DNA from: an uncultured virus (IMG/VR IMGVR_UViG_3300028564_000002)
Taxonomy: Duplodnaviria > Heunggongvirae > Uroviricota > Caudoviricetes
DNA length: 64,000 nucleotides
Direction: 5' to 3' (one strand)
IMG/VR virus record: IMGVR_UViG_3300028564_000002
Below, piece after piece: positions 23,500-36,302 of this stretch. A model generated the notes under the pieces. The model was not told the origin of the DNA. It saw only the letters and a program-made list of their open reading frames with translations, and ran no database searches. Position numbers and translations under genes: made by a program. Position 1 is the stretch's first letter; every line of letters begins with the position of its first letter.

Positions 23500-24009
23500 T
23501 CAATTGTTCTCGTCGATAAAAGTTTCAACAAAAATTGTAGCTTCTTGTAAAAGTTCATCAAGTCCTCTGCTGTTATCAATAATTATATCATATTGATACT
23601 GCTCAACATTATCATCCGCAGGATTGCCAAGCGGCACAATTTCGCCACGTTGAACAAGAACTGTGAGAGCATTGTAATCACGAACGAAACGAGCTATTTC
23701 TTCTGGCTCGCGGCAATCGATGAATAATAAATCAGTGCCATTCTGTTCATTCAATTCAATCTTTTGCTTTACAATCTGATACGGTATATCGTCCCATCGA
23801 GTAAGGGCATCTTTAAGGTCTGAGAGAAAGCGTCTATCCTCTGGTGATTTGCCGCCGTCCCATCCGAATGTTTTTGCCTTATCTTTTACATAATCAATTG
23901 TTGATACAATTTCAATATTGTAGTCTCTCGCTTTGCCAACCTTTTTAACCATTGTTTCAAAAGTTGTTTTTCCGCTTGTTCCTCTGCCATTAATTATTGC
24001 TATTTTCAT
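23500..24009 (-). CDS. P-loop nucleotide kinase-like protein
   Basis: NGRGTSGKT, RRFLSDLK and FIDCREPEE. Confidence 0.65.
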   Translation of the reverse strand: MKIAIINGRGTSGKTTFETMVKKVGKARDYNIEIVSTIDYVKDKAKTFGWDGGKSPEDRRFLSDLKDALTRWDDIPYQIVKQKIELNEQNGTDLLFIDCREPEEIARFVRDYNALTVLVQRGEIVPLGNPADDNVEQYQYDIIIDNSRGLDELLQEATIFVETFIDENN

Positions 24010-24919
24010 TGTTCTCCTCCCCTCTACGAACAGGAAACACGGCGTAATAAGCTTCCAGTTCATCATCAATTTTTTTTATTTGTGTCGCCGTTTCCTCTGT
24101 TACCATATTAAGTTTGTTTGGTAAGTAAGCGCTTGGCACGTGTGGTGCAAGGCAACTTTTAACAAACTCCTCTTTTCCTTCTGGGATAACATATAACACG
24201 ATTTCACCTTCGGCGGCGCATTTAAGTATTTCATCGTAAGCAGGAAAGTCATCTCCTGTTCCTGAAAGGAAGAAAACTATTGCCAACTTGTCATTCACCC
24301 TTATGTCCTTTGGATACCAAGTTTCATCAAGCGGATGCTCATAAAACTCATACCAACCTTCCAGCTCCTCAGTGTTCCTTCCGATATTTTCTATATATAA
24401 TGAAGAATCTTTATCAATATAGAAATCTTGTATTGTTTCCAAGTCATAAGGAGAAACATATTCCAAAGGGTTAAATACTTCAATAAAAATGTTAGAGAAA
24501 TTCTCTGCGGTTGATACATTATAAATAGGATTGAAAGCTGTTATTATTACGGCTTTCTTGTGCTTCTTCACTTTTCTCCAACCAATTGTTGGAACATCTT
24601 TGAAGAAATTCTTTTCCTCTTCGGTCTTCGCCTCTCCAAGAATACGAAGGTCGATGTCGCTGTTTATTGCCGAAGCAGCACTTCTTATAATACGGTAGGC
24701 GAGAAAAGAATAAGCGTCATTTCTATAATCTACTATAAAAGTGTATTTAAGTCTCAATAGTCTACCATATTTTTGGAGAAACTTTACGACAATTCTGGTA
24801 ATTACCATATCAGCATTTTTCTCTTTATCTTCTAATAATGGAATATCCATTTTATAATTATATAAGAAGCCCAAATGCTGTTTTAACTGTTGCCAGTCGA
24901 TTTGCTGTTTTTCTATCAT
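23990..24919 (-). CDS. Hypothetical protein
   Basis: Long ORF immediately downstream of the leftward promoter. Confidence 0.6.
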   Translation of the reverse strand: MIEKQQIDWQQLKQHLGFLYNYKMDIPLLEDKEKNADMVITRIVVKFLQKYGRLLRLKYTFIVDYRNDAYSFLAYRIIRSAASAINSDIDLRILGEAKTEEEKNFFKDVPTIGWRKVKKHKKAVIITAFNPIYNVSTAENFSNIFIEVFNPLEYVSPYDLETIQDFYIDKDSSLYIENIGRNTEELEGWYEFYEHPLDETWYPKDIRVNDKLAIVFFLSGTGDDFPAYDEILKCAAEGEIVLYVIPEGKEEFVKSCLAPHVPSAYLPNKLNMVTEETATQIKKIDDELEAYYAVFPVRRGEENNENSNN

Positions 24920-24950
24920 GTATTTCACACTCCTTTTCTTTGATACTTTT

Positions 24951-25024
24951 ATCATAACATAAAAAATTAAAAAAGTCAAGTTTTTAATTAATTTCTTGAC
25001 TTTTTCGGTGGAGAGTGTTATAAT
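24951..25024. promoter_or_regulatory. Back-to-back sigmaA-type promoters at the strand switch
   Basis: Minus strand TTGACT-17-TATGAT (24979-24951); plus strand TTGACT-17-TATAAT (24996-25024). Confidence 0.8.
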
Positions 25025-25043
25025 ATAATAAGAGGTGAAAAAT

Positions 25044-25298
25044 ATGGAATGTACATATAAATTAAACAAAAACTTAATGTCAAGAAATGCAACAAGTCTT
25101 GTATATTCTTTAAATGAATTAAAGACTTCTGTATTTTTATATAAGGAATATGAGAGAAGAATTAATGGTAGGTCTACAATAGGAGTCTTATCAGCAAGAT
25201 TCTTACAAGGGGATACAATTAAAATATTAATTGACAATCCTGAGGAAATGAGTAGAGTAAAAGAGATATTTAATGAATATGGAACAGAAGTTCTATAA
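25044..25298 (+). CDS. HPr-like protein
   Basis: HPr size and the RINGRSTIGVLS Ser46-type motif; the His15 position reads LMSRNA. Confidence 0.6.
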   Translation: MECTYKLNKNLMSRNATSLVYSLNELKTSVFLYKEYERRINGRSTIGVLSARFLQGDTIKILIDNPEEMSRVKEIFNEYGTEVL

Positions 25299-25310
25299 GG
25301 AGGCGATTTT

Positions 25311-25601
25311 ATGGATTACAGAATGTATAAACCCACAGCGGCAATTCCTGCTGGTACTAATGTTATTGACTTAATTAAGTAGGAACTTAGGACAAAAGGA
25401 ATTATAACCCACACTCCATTCCGCTTTATTGGCTTTGAGGCGACAGCGGGAACATCTTTTAGCTTAAACAATCCTGATAACAAGCTTGAAGTTCCTTCTT
25501 GCGGTAGTTTTATCACTCCTTTTAATGGAGAAAGAGGTAGCTACATATATAGCCTTGTTTTTGACGCGCCATTTAGCGGCAATATTTACTATGTTCCTTA
25601 A
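25311..25601 (+). CDS. Hypothetical protein (TAG-containing)
   Basis: RBS, then ATG to TAA with two internal TAGs. Confidence 0.55.
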
Positions 25602-25610
25602 TGGAGGTGG

Positions 25611-25874
25611 ATGAAAATGAATATGCAAGGTATGTTTAATCCTTTTAATAATTCCACAGGTGGTGGAGGCGGTGGTGGCGGAGGTTTCACTCCAACCAGC
25701 AAGTAGCTTGAAGCTATGAATAGTGGTATTACAGCAAATGACGTGTTACAAATAGGCACAAACGCTACAAATATTACAAATATTCAATTGGCTATTACTG
25801 ATATAAATTCAGATATAGAAGAATTAAGATAGTTGATTGGAGACATAAATACCGTATTGGAAGGAGTGTTATAA
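25611..25874 (+). CDS. Small Gly-rich/coiled-coil protein
   Basis: Poly-Gly tract and two internal TAGs. Confidence 0.5.
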
Positions 25875-25875
25875 T

Positions 25876-27696
25876 ATGCCAAATACAATAGCTGAAAATC
25901 TCGCTAGATTGCTAGCTGCTAAAACTGCAATTGCTAATGCTATTACTGCTAAAGGTGGTATGGTTGGAAGTGGTGACGGTTTAGAAGAGTTTCCGACTGA
26001 TATTAGCACTATACCAACTGGTGTTGACCCAGAACCTATTGTAGCAAAAGGAACTGTTAATTTCTATGATTACGATGGTACTATTGTAAAAAGTATGTCA
26101 AGTGCTCAGTTTAGAAGTCTTGAAAGTATGCCTGATAATCCTACTCATGATGGATTAATCTCACAAGGATGGAACTGGGACCTGTCAGCTGCTAAAACAT
26201 ATGTAGCTGAATACGAGTCATTAAATATTGGACAGCAGTATATAACTTCCGATGGAAAGACTCGAATCTATATTACTCTCACTGAAGGTAGAATCTCTCC
26301 TATTTTACAATTATATCTTAATGCTAACAGTGAACTTGATATTGACTGGGGCGACGGAGCTCATAGTACATTTACTACTACAAATGCTGATTACAAAAGT
26401 GAAAGACATAATTATGCAACTGATGGAGATTATGTAATTGCTATAACAGTAACAACTGGCAGTTTCATATTACAATCTTCTTCCATGGCAGTGTCAACAA
26501 TATTATGGAATGGAAATAATAATGCAAATTCACCTGATATAGCCTATAATAATTCTATTCAAAAAATTGAAATTGGTACAGGAGTTACTACTATTGGTCC
26601 TTTTTCTTTCCAGTATTGTTATTCATTATCATCAATAACAATACCTAATACAGTTACAAGTATTGGTGGTACTTATGCTTTCAACGGTTGTTATTCATTA
26701 CAATCTATTACAATACCTGATTCAGTTACTACTATTGGTACTTATGCTTTCTATCAATGTTATTCATTACAATCTATTATTATTCCTAATGGAATTACAA
26801 GTATTGGTAATTATACTTTCTCGCGTTGTTCTTCATTATCATCTATTACAATACCTAATACAGTTACAAGTATTGGTCCTTTTTCTTTCTCGTATTGTTA
26901 TTCATTATCATCAATAACAATACCTGATAGAGTTACAAGTATTGGTACTTATGCTTTCAGTAGTTGTTCTTCATTATCATCAATAACAATACCTGATAGA
27001 GTTACAAGTATTGGTACTTATGCTTTCTACGGTTGTTCTTCATTATCATCAATAACAATACCTGATGGAGTTACTACTATTAGTGGTGGTGCTTTCTATC
27101 AATGTTATTCATTACAATCTATTACTATTCCTAATGGAGTTACAAGTATTGGTAATTATGCTTTCAGTGGTTGTTAGGTATTATCATCTGTAACAATACC
27201 TAATACAGTTACAAGTATTGGTGGTAATGCTTTCGAGTATTGTTATTCATTATCATCAATAACAATACCTGATGGAGTTACTAGTATTGGTAATAGTGCT
27301 TTCTCGCTTTGTTATTCATTATCATCTATTACAATAGGAAATTCAGTTACAAGTATTGGTGCTAAAGCTTTCAACGGTTGTTATTCATTATCATCAATAA
27401 CAATACCTGATGGAGTTACAAGTATTGGTAATTATGCTTTCTCGCGTTGTTATTCATTATCATCTATTACAATAGGAAATTCAGTTACAAGTATTGGTGA
27501 TAATGCTTTCAACGGTTGTTCACACATGGAGTCAATCAAGTTTGCACCAACAACTCCACCAACGGTTTCAAGTAGTAGTGCATGGACAGGAGTACCAACA
27601 TCGTGCACCATATATGTACCATCAGGATCTCTTAATGCATATAAAACAGCAACCAATTATCCAAATCCATCCACATACACATACGTGGGATATTAA
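25876..27696 (+). CDS. BspA-type LRR (LRR_5) protein, putative adhesin or receptor-binding protein
   Basis: Fourteen repeats of [21 protein letters not shown] and a C-cap [15 protein letters not shown] 27175 is read through. Confidence 0.85.
26584..27540 (+). repeat. Fourteen tandem ~69-bp LRR-coding repeats
   Basis: Recurring gttacaagtattggtNNNNNNgctttcNNNNNNtgtt...ataacaatacct. Confidence 0.9.
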
Positions 27697-27812
27697 ATGA
27701 AAGGAAGATGATTTAAATGTTCATGTAACAATTCACTATGATTGGGACCCAAATGCAGAAGATTAATTGCTTGACTTTTTAATCTAAATATGATATAATA
27801 AAGGTGAAAAAT

Positions 27813-28079
27813 ATGGGATGGAACAATTTTTCGCCAAGCGCTGATAAAGAAATTACAGAGATTATCTCCGACGCTAAACTTACTTATGATTGCATTGACA
27901 AAGATTTAATCACTGTTGATGTTGAAGTAAATGTTTAGGTCGGAGAAATCACCGTCCCTATCAGGGCTTAGGCAAGTAAAGAAATAAGGGTGAAAGCCCC
28001 AAACTTAATGAGTCATGATAACAAATTTATTTGTAGTTATGACAGCAAATTTATAGATATATAGGAGGGAGACGAATAA
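27813..28079 (+). CDS. Hypothetical protein (three TAGs)
   Basis: Follows the promoter at 27771; its TAA overlaps the next ATG. Confidence 0.55.
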
Positions 28080-31000
28080 TGGCAGAAAATGGATACTACT
28101 GGCAAATAGAAGGAGAGTCTGCTACTGCTGAAAATATAGATATTGTTCTTTCAGATTTAAGTGATATTGTTGAACAAAATACTGCTGAAGAACACTATGA
28201 TGTAGTAAAATTCTTCCCAGGCACAGGCGGCGAAAAAGGTCATTTTGGTCTTGGAGAAGGCGGTAGTCAAGTTCCTCCAATCAACGCCGCAGAAAATGAA
28301 ATTATTGTCGGTGATGGTAATGATTGGGCAGAAGGTAATGCCGCAGAAGTATTTCTTAGTACGGGAACGACTTATGGCGGCGAATCATGTGCTCTCTTTT
28401 CTTCAAGCGGAGCCAACGGAGTAAATGGTTTCAGACTTAAAGGCACTGATGGAGAAGGTGGTGGTACTGACTTTATTATAACAAATAATGCTGTAGTTGA
28501 AATTGGTAATAAACCAATTGAACCTTGGGAAGAAGGGGTAATGGAAATGGCATCATTTAATGATGTTGAAATTTTCAACCCTACTTTTAAAATTGAAAAT
28601 GCGGCATAGTTTAAAATGAGTAAAAATAATGACACTCAAACTCCTGTCTTCCAAATGCTTGGAGATGCCTTTTTTGATATGCAATATAATAATTCTGATG
28701 ATTATTATGATTTTTCTGTTACCAGTTATGGAGCCAACGTAAGAAGCGGAGTGAGAGGAAGCGCATCTTTACTTGGTGTGAATCCTTTTTATTATCAGAA
28801 AAATGATAAATATTATTATATTGATGCTCCAGTATTTTAGATGCATGATGCTGCTACTTTTTCAATGGTTGAGAAATCTTTATTCCAAATGAAAAATGGC
28901 GCGACTTCTGTAATTTAGGGTAATGCAAATATTCATATTTCTGGCGGCGAATGGACTGACACATATCATGCTCCTGGTGTCAGCGATGCAGATAAATCAA
29001 CGCTTATTGAAGTAGGCCCCAACTCTTTGATTAGTATGGGAGCGGATGATTAGTTTACTGATATCATTGCTGTGGCTGGTGTACGTGGTGACCAAATATA
29101 CCTCGGTTCTTGTAACAAAGAAGATTTATCGAATTTTTCATGGCCTAATAGAGTAATGAGTGTTCCCAGTTATGGACTGTCAGAGAAAAATACTCCAGAG
29201 TTTAATGATGGAGTCAAAATTAATTCTCTTTATAGTGGTTGTTTTGTTCCTGGAACAAGCTTGGACGTTATCCGAAACGAATATGTTGGCACACACGAAT
29301 CACAGCCCAAATTTTCATTAAAAGGTTAGTGTGAATATGAAGAGCGTGTGGATGGCGGCGGAATAAAATGTCAGCACACTTCAATTGGCGGACAAGGTTT
29401 TGATTTTAAGGAAACAACAGTAAATGGTTTTAGTCTTGAATATGATAAGGTTAATTCTGATGCTAGACGTTTTACACAACAAGAAATTGTTGGAGAGTAT
29501 TCAAAATTATTTAATGTTGCGGCAAGTTCCTATTTCCATGAAACAGTTGATGTTCATGGTGCAACAACACTTAATTTTAAACCTAAAACATCTTTTGGTG
29601 TAGAATATGCAGGCGCGAAAACAAATGCCGTTTTTTAGTGGGAAAAAATTCAAGGTATTTTTGCCGGATGTGACCACTTTATTTAGGTAGATGGTAATAC
29701 TCATTTTGAATCATGGAGTGGAACTTAGATTTTTAGGTCAAGCAATCCACAACTAAAAGAATATACAAATAATGAATTTGCGGAGCCATAGATTCCAAAA
29801 TCTGAGCAGCGCTGGTTTACCTCTGGAACTTTTAAAATTTGCTCTGAGAATAGTGCATTAAATAATAATGCAAGTTCTTATAATGAATTACTTACTACAT
29901 AGAGAAATGAATTAACCAGAGCAATTTATAAAAGTGAAAATACAAATAACTGGTACGATTTTCTTGCAAACAATAATGATTATCAATATACTTCATGTCA
30001 ACCAATAAAATATACTAAGTATACTTATACAACTAAAAGCTGTATAGCAAGATAGGACTATGTCTATGTAACTACCGAGAATTTTGATAACGCAAATCAA
30101 GTATTTTCAAGTACTGCTTTTAAAAATATAATAAGTAGTGTGGGACATTATAATCCTTAGGTTAAACTTGATACAACATTTGAAAAAGAATATGATATTA
30201 ATACTGGTTTATACACATATACTATTACAAAAGCAACAGAATATTACGCCAAAGAGAGAACTACATCGCAATCTTGCATAGAATATAAGTCTAAAGGACA
30301 ATCTGCTACTTTCCCTAGTTATTCTTATTATTATAGAAATGCATCAGATAAATAGAAAGCATTTTTAGACTCTTAGATTGATAAAAGTCTCCTTGTTTCA
30401 TAGGTTAATCTTAATATTGTAACTAATAACTTGAATAGTGTTGGTACTGTAATAGATTATGAGTTCCCTGGAGGAGGAAATCCTTCTACTCGTGTAGAAT
30501 ATGCTCAGAAAGCAGAAAAATTAAAAGTAAATATAAAAACCAGACAAGATGGAAGAATAAAATGCCACATTCCTTTTACAGGAAAAACCTATTCAACCTT
30601 ATCTGATATTTTAAACGATGCCAATTTTAAAGCTTATATTACTGCTTGTTTTGGTGATGAAGCGTAGCTTATAACAACAGATTCTACTTATTTCTCTTGT
30701 GAAAGAGATTATATTAGCGGTGAAGCAAAAGTTGACATTAGCAATGTTGGATTGGAAACAACAATGTATTTGTATAGAGAATATATTTCAGAAGATGAAA
30801 AAAATTATAATTATCCAAATACAACTTATGGCTCATTGGATTATAACAATCCTGTTAAATTAGCAATAAGAGATTATTTGTGGCCAGATAAGGGTTACGT
30901 AAAATAGGGAACATATGATTATACTAATTTTACTCCAGATAATACTTTAACAACAACTACTACTTATACCGATTCTGGATATACTTATGAAGTTGCAGGT

Positions 31001-31579
31001 AATGTTAGTTCCACATATTGTGCTTCACATCTATCACAAGATTGGCACGCTCCTATTCAAACAGCAAATAGAATTGGGGCTAATGATTGGGAGCAAGGTC
31101 CTATTATACAAGCATACGGTCCAGTTAACTTCTTAATGAGAGAGAAGTGGGAAGCAGATAATGACCACACTAAGACATACCCACTTACTTCATCAGAAAC
31201 TTATGATGTATTAAATCAGGCACAAGCGATTGCAGATTTTAAAGCAAACGCGACAGATTATACCGCATTTGAAACATATCTTACTCAAGAAGGATATACC
31301 CTTTGGGACATTATTTCAATTGCCACAGCAACAGGCGGCTACACAATTACTTTCTCAATTTGTGAAGCAGGTTGGAAACCACACGTTGATAGTTATCCAG
31401 ACAATCCAGTTGTTGAAATTACTGACGGCTCTGAACTTCGTCTTTACGGCGGCGTAAAAGTCAAGGGTGAAACAAAGTATGGTGTAACAACCTTTACATT
31501 CAGTGGCACTCAGACAGAAGGAGAAGTTTCATTTACTCTCGATGAACTTCGTTCACTTAAGGCATTAATTGGTATTTGA
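28079..31579 (+). CDS. Large (~1166 aa) putative tail/virion protein
   Basis: Six track ORFs share one frame, and the gaps I read contain only TAG stops. Confidence 0.7.
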
Positions 31580-31597
31580 TGAAGGAGGTAATGCTTA

Positions 31598-31774
31598 ATG
31601 GCAGTAACAGGAACAGGCACACAGGCTGACCCATATGTAGTAACTACATATGGGGAGCTTGTTGAAAAGGCTAAAACAAGCGGTGTATATATAGAGCTCG
31701 CTAATGATATAAATATAGCAGATGAATATCCAAATGAAAATATGCCTCAATTAGAAATTTATCCATCTGAATAA
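31598..31774 (+). pseudogene. Truncated adhesin-like N-terminus
   Basis: MAVTGTGTQADPYVVTT...IELANDI, a motif that usually starts long beta-helical proteins, but only 58 aa. Confidence 0.45.
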
Positions 31775-31781
31775 AGGAGGA

Positions 31782-32891
31782 ATGAATATGAGTAATTTCT
31801 ATGGAGGCTCTGACGGCGGCAACTTCTATCCCGCTTCATCCTTGAGTAAAAAGCCAGTCGGCTATACTGATGGCACACCTTTCTTCGAGAAGGCTGCTGT
31901 TGACATTCCTTGTATGGCTCCTGGTGAAAGAATTTTAGGTTACAATTATGGCTATATGGCTAACCGTAGGGAGTATCGTGTATTCGATGCTCTCTACTCT
32001 CAGCAAAGACTTTGTAACCTTAACATTAATTGGATTTGTCTTCCAGTAGTAAACTGGCAAGATACTTACCACTCAACCAACATTTATGCAGACCATCTTG
32101 CAACTCCAACTGACCGAGACATAGAAGGAGTTATTAATTTTGCTCATGCAAAAGGTAAGAAGGTTTGTCTTAAACCAATCGTTGAAAGTAAAGACCATAT
32201 GTGGAGAGCGCACATTGGATTCCCAGACCTTAACATGGAAGACATGGATGTTTATTGGAAAGCTTGGTTTATAAGTTATAAGAACTTCCTTCTTCATTAT
32301 GCTGAACTCGCTCAGGAACTTGGTTGTGAAATGCTCTGTATCGGCTGTGAGATGCTTGGAACAGAACATCGTAAATGGGATTGGCTTTACTTAATTGAAG
32401 AAGTTCGTAAGGTTTATAAAGGTAAAATAGTTTACAATACAAACCATGACCATGAAGAAGATTAGGAGTGGTTTAATGAACTTGATTTCATTGGAACTTC
32501 TGCTTACTATCCTGTCGGTGGAGAGACTCGTTCTTATGATGAAATGTGTAAGAACTGGATGACTGTTCGCCGCCGTCTGGACGAGTTAGCAAAGAAGAAC
32601 GATAAACAATATATCTTCATGGAGATTGGCTGTCGCTCAGTTGAACAGGCTTCAACTCATCCTTGGGACTTTACCGAAGATTTACCTTTCAATGAGCAGG
32701 AACAGGCTGATTTCTATAAGTCTTGTTATGATGTATTCCTTCCTTCGCCTTATTTCGCCGGCGTGTTCTGGTGGGATTGGCCGACCAAGTTGTACAATGA
32801 GGATAAGGCAAAAGAGGATAAAGGATTTTGCATCTATGGTAAGGCGGCAGAACAAGTGGTAAGAGAATATAATACCAAGTTCAACAAATAA
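31782..32891 (+). CDS. Glycoside hydrolase family 113 (beta-mannanase-like)
   Basis: CLKPIV, WRAHI, IGCEM (acid/base), YNTNH, SAYYP, FMEIGCRS (nucleophile) and FWWDW; halves joined through TAG 32463. Confidence 0.85.
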
Positions 32892-32974
32892 AACGTTAGA
32901 GACTAACGACAATAATTTTACATAAATAGAGAGGAAACAAGTTTTTCTCTCTATTTTTTTTAGGAGGAATTAAA

Positions 32975-33142
32975 ATGACTAAAGAAACTACGAAAGAGCT
33001 TTTAAAGGCTCATTATTACGGCCATCCTTCTGATAAGATTGCGAAAGTATTTAAAATATCAGAGGATGAAGTTAACACTATCATAGAAGATAACAAAGAC
33101 ATTCTTGAAGATTTGGCGGTGAGAGACTATGGTGAAGCTTAA
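32975..33142 (+). CDS. Small HTH-like protein overlapping the lysin start
   Basis: Strong RBS; DKIAKVFKISEDEV. Confidence 0.5.
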   Translation: MTKETTKELLKAHYYGHPSDKIAKVFKISEDEVNTIIEDNKDILEDLAVRDYGEA

Positions 33143-34235
33143 GGGTATTGATGTAAGCGTCTGGAATGGCAATATTAACTGGTCTCAGACTAAGAAAGAA
33201 ATTGATTTTGCTATTCTTCGTGCTGGCTATGGACGTGAGACATCACAGAAAGACCAGAAATTTGACGCAAACTACAACGGCTGTAAAGCAAATGGTGTTC
33301 CTATGGGAGCATATTGGTATAATTATGCTAAGACACCAGATGATGCAAAGAAAGAAGCTACTGCTTGTATCAAGATTTTAAAAGGTAAAACTTTTGACTA
33401 TCCAGTATGGTATGATATTGAAGAGCCTTCTGTTCTTTCTACTGGTAAGGAAAATGTTTCTGCTATTGCTAAGGTTTTCTGTGAAGCACTGAAAGAGGCA
33501 GGATATAAGGTTGGTATCTATTCTTCATACTCAGGACTTAAAAACAGTTTTACTGATGAAGTAAAGAATATGTATGATGTATGGGTTGCTCACGTTGGTA
33601 ACGGCGGCGCCCCACTTAGCGAAACTGACTATCCAGGTCATAAGGAAATTTGGCAGTATTCTTGGAAGGGCAATATTGCAGGTATCAGTGGAGATGTTGA
33701 TGAAGACTGGTGCTATGTAGACTATCTTGAAAAGAAGGAAGAGCCAGTAAAGGAAGAAAAGGTTGAAGAGAAGAAGCCTGAACCTAAGAAAGAAGAGAAG
33801 AAAAAGGCTGAAAAAACAATGGATGTTTATTACAGCGTCTACTCAAATGGACGTTGGCTTAGTGAAATAAAGAATTTCAACGAAACTGACGACATGGGTT
33901 ATGCTGGTATAGCTCGTAATTCAATTACAGGACTTACAGTTAAGGCTACACAAGGAACTATTAAATATAGAGTTCATGCAGGCGGCTTAAATAAGTGGTT
34001 TAATTGGATAGATAAGAGTGACCGCAATGACTGGGAAACAGGTATCGCAGGAACAACAAACTATTGGATTGATGAAATTCAAATGGAACTTATTGATGCT
34101 CCTGGCTATCAGGTTGAATACAGAGTTTCTGTTGTTAATAAGGGCTATCTTCCTTGGGTAAGGGGACTTGAAGATTATGCTGGTCTCAAAGGCTTTGTTA
34201 TTGACAAAATCCAAATCAGAATTGTAAAGGTATAA
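33129..34235 (+). CDS. GH25 endolysin with C-terminal wall-binding repeats
   Basis: GIDVSVWNG, YDIEE, WQYS and VDED. Confidence 0.9.
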   Translation: MVKLKGIDVSVWNGNINWSQTKKEIDFAILRAGYGRETSQKDQKFDANYNGCKANGVPMGAYWYNYAKTPDDAKKEATACIKILKGKTFDYPVWYDIEEPSVLSTGKENVSAIAKVFCEALKEAGYKVGIYSSYSGLKNSFTDEVKNMYDVWVAHVGNGGAPLSETDYPGHKEIWQYSWKGNIAGISGDVDEDWCYVDYLEKKEEPVKEEKVEEKKPEPKKEEKKKAEKTMDVYYSVYSNGRWLSEIKNFNETDDMGYAGIARNSITGLTVKATQGTIKYRVHAGGLNKWFNWIDKSDRNDWETGIAGTTNYWIDEIQMELIDAPGYQVEYRVSVVNKGYLPWVRGLEDYAGLKGFVIDKIQIRIVKV

Positions 34236-34292
34236 TCATTATGCCGCCATTCATAAAGCGGATGGCGGCGATTTTATATGGGAGGTGAGACT

Positions 34293-36299
34293 ATGGCAAC
34301 AGATTACAATGAAATAAATGAAGTAATTAAAGAGTTGATTGATGGTGATGAAGGCACTACCATTGATAATTTTAGTGGAGCTTCTCTTAAAGCGTTCGCA
34401 GACCACCAAGATGTTCTTTGGGACGGATTGACTAAATTCCTTCAAGATGAAAATAATACCAATAAACTTGGTCATTACGGCGTAAGAGATTTGGACTTTT
34501 TAAGTGATGGTGACCCAACACAAGCTGTTCAAAGTGTAGTTGAATTTATTAACAATAATGCAGACCTTGTTGATACATTCTTAGATAGTTTATTTGTGCT
34601 TAACCCAGACGAACGTTAGGTTCACTGGAATGAAAGTTTTAATCAACTTATCTAGTCATATTACAACTGTATTAACACTACAAACAAAATTGACTCAACT
34701 GAATTTACTATCGGCGATATATTAAATGCCAATGCAGGTAATAGTTTTAACAATGGTGAATGGGTAGTTCCATGGAAGAATATTACTGAACATAATTACA
34801 GTGAAGTTCGCAACAATGATAAGATTGTAAGAATACTCAACAACAAAGAGAATCTTCAATTCACTCATTTATTCAACAAATATCTTCGTCTTCTTATGCC
34901 AGAGTATGAAAGAACAGTTGAGATTGAGGATTTGAATAGAAACTTTTGGGTTATAGGTCAAATTCTTGCGGCAATTCTGTCATACTTAATTGACCCTGAA
35001 AATCCAATCAGAAAATTATTAGGACAGTTACTTGATGAAGTAGCTCAGCTTTGGGAGAACTTACTTTATCTTTGGGCAGCATTTGCTTTACTTTCTCAAT
35101 ATACTGTTTATATGGATATACAGCCAATTGTTATTCCATTAAGTGTAGAGAAAATAAAACCATATGTAAAATATGACGGCTTCAGAAAAACAGCGGAGCC
35201 AGTTGAAACTACTTATGATAGCATGATTGCACAATTGGAAGCTTGCTGGGATAATCTTAGCTACTTGAAAAACATCTACAATCAATCAAGTCTTTTCATT
35301 ATTCCAGTAATAAGAAACGGTTCTTATTCACACAACTATTATAACGAAGAATACTATCCTGGCATGATAGTTTATAATAAAAGATATCGTGGCGGTATAA
35401 GTGACATTGCCGATAACAATGTTACTACAATAGAAGATGTAGCTGATGCGGAAGTTAAATTCTTCCCATTCATTAGAGGTTCTATTGCAGACCCACATCC
35501 TCTCTACACGCATATCGATGAGAATGGCTATTCAATATCAGACCTCACATATACAAACTATACATTAACAGGTATATGTGATAAAAGTCCAATTTATTAC
35601 TTCTCTGAAAACTATCAAAGCAATAATAATGACGTTGTTGATGGTAGCTATGCCGCCGCCATCCGCACAGTGTTTAGTAATCTAACATCAAATGGACAGT
35701 CTGATTATTTTGTTGGTAATGAAGTCGAGAATATAGCTATCAATTTTGTATGCGAAGATGCTGTTAAGAAACTCGCAACGAACGGCGGCGAACTACTAAG
35801 CGGAACTTTTGTTCTTACCGCAGATAACGATAAACAGTTCTTCTTATGCGATAGCGCAACAAAAACTGATACTGCCAACTCAATTCAAGATAGGAAGCAA
35901 AAAGCTGTAAAAGGATGGTATCGTGGAGAAATGGCTTCTTGGTATCATATCAATGAAACCAATTTCACTACTCGTGTTGAACTCACTTGGGTAAATGTAC
36001 CTGGCGATTCAGTAGAACCATTGGTTGCTACTGCTACATTAGTCGGCAAGGATGACCTTGGTTTTGAAGTTGAATATCATTACACAGCTACCTTCACTGA
36101 ACCATAGCTTGATACTGTTCAAACAGAAAATTTACAAGTATTAGCCTATGGTCCAACAGGACGAATAGCAAACTATACTGTTTCTCTTGAAGGATTTGAA
36201 GATACCGATTGGATTGTTTCAGGCGGCACAGAAGTTATTAACTTCGATTCTTTAAATAAAACTTTCAGATACACAGTTGAGTATGTTGAGGAGGAATGA
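34293..36299 (+). CDS. Putative structural protein, paralogue 1
   Basis: TAG-joined frame containing LRLLMPEYERTVEIEDLNRNFWVIGQ. Confidence 0.7.
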
Positions 36300-36302
36300 T
36301 GA

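Noticed and set aside
1855..24760. Plus-strand track ORFs in the left half (and minus-strand ORFs in the right half)
   Set aside because: They are antisense shadows of well-supported genes, without RBS or motifs.
26584..27540. CRISPR array
   Set aside because: The repeats are in-frame 69-bp coding units without unique spacers.
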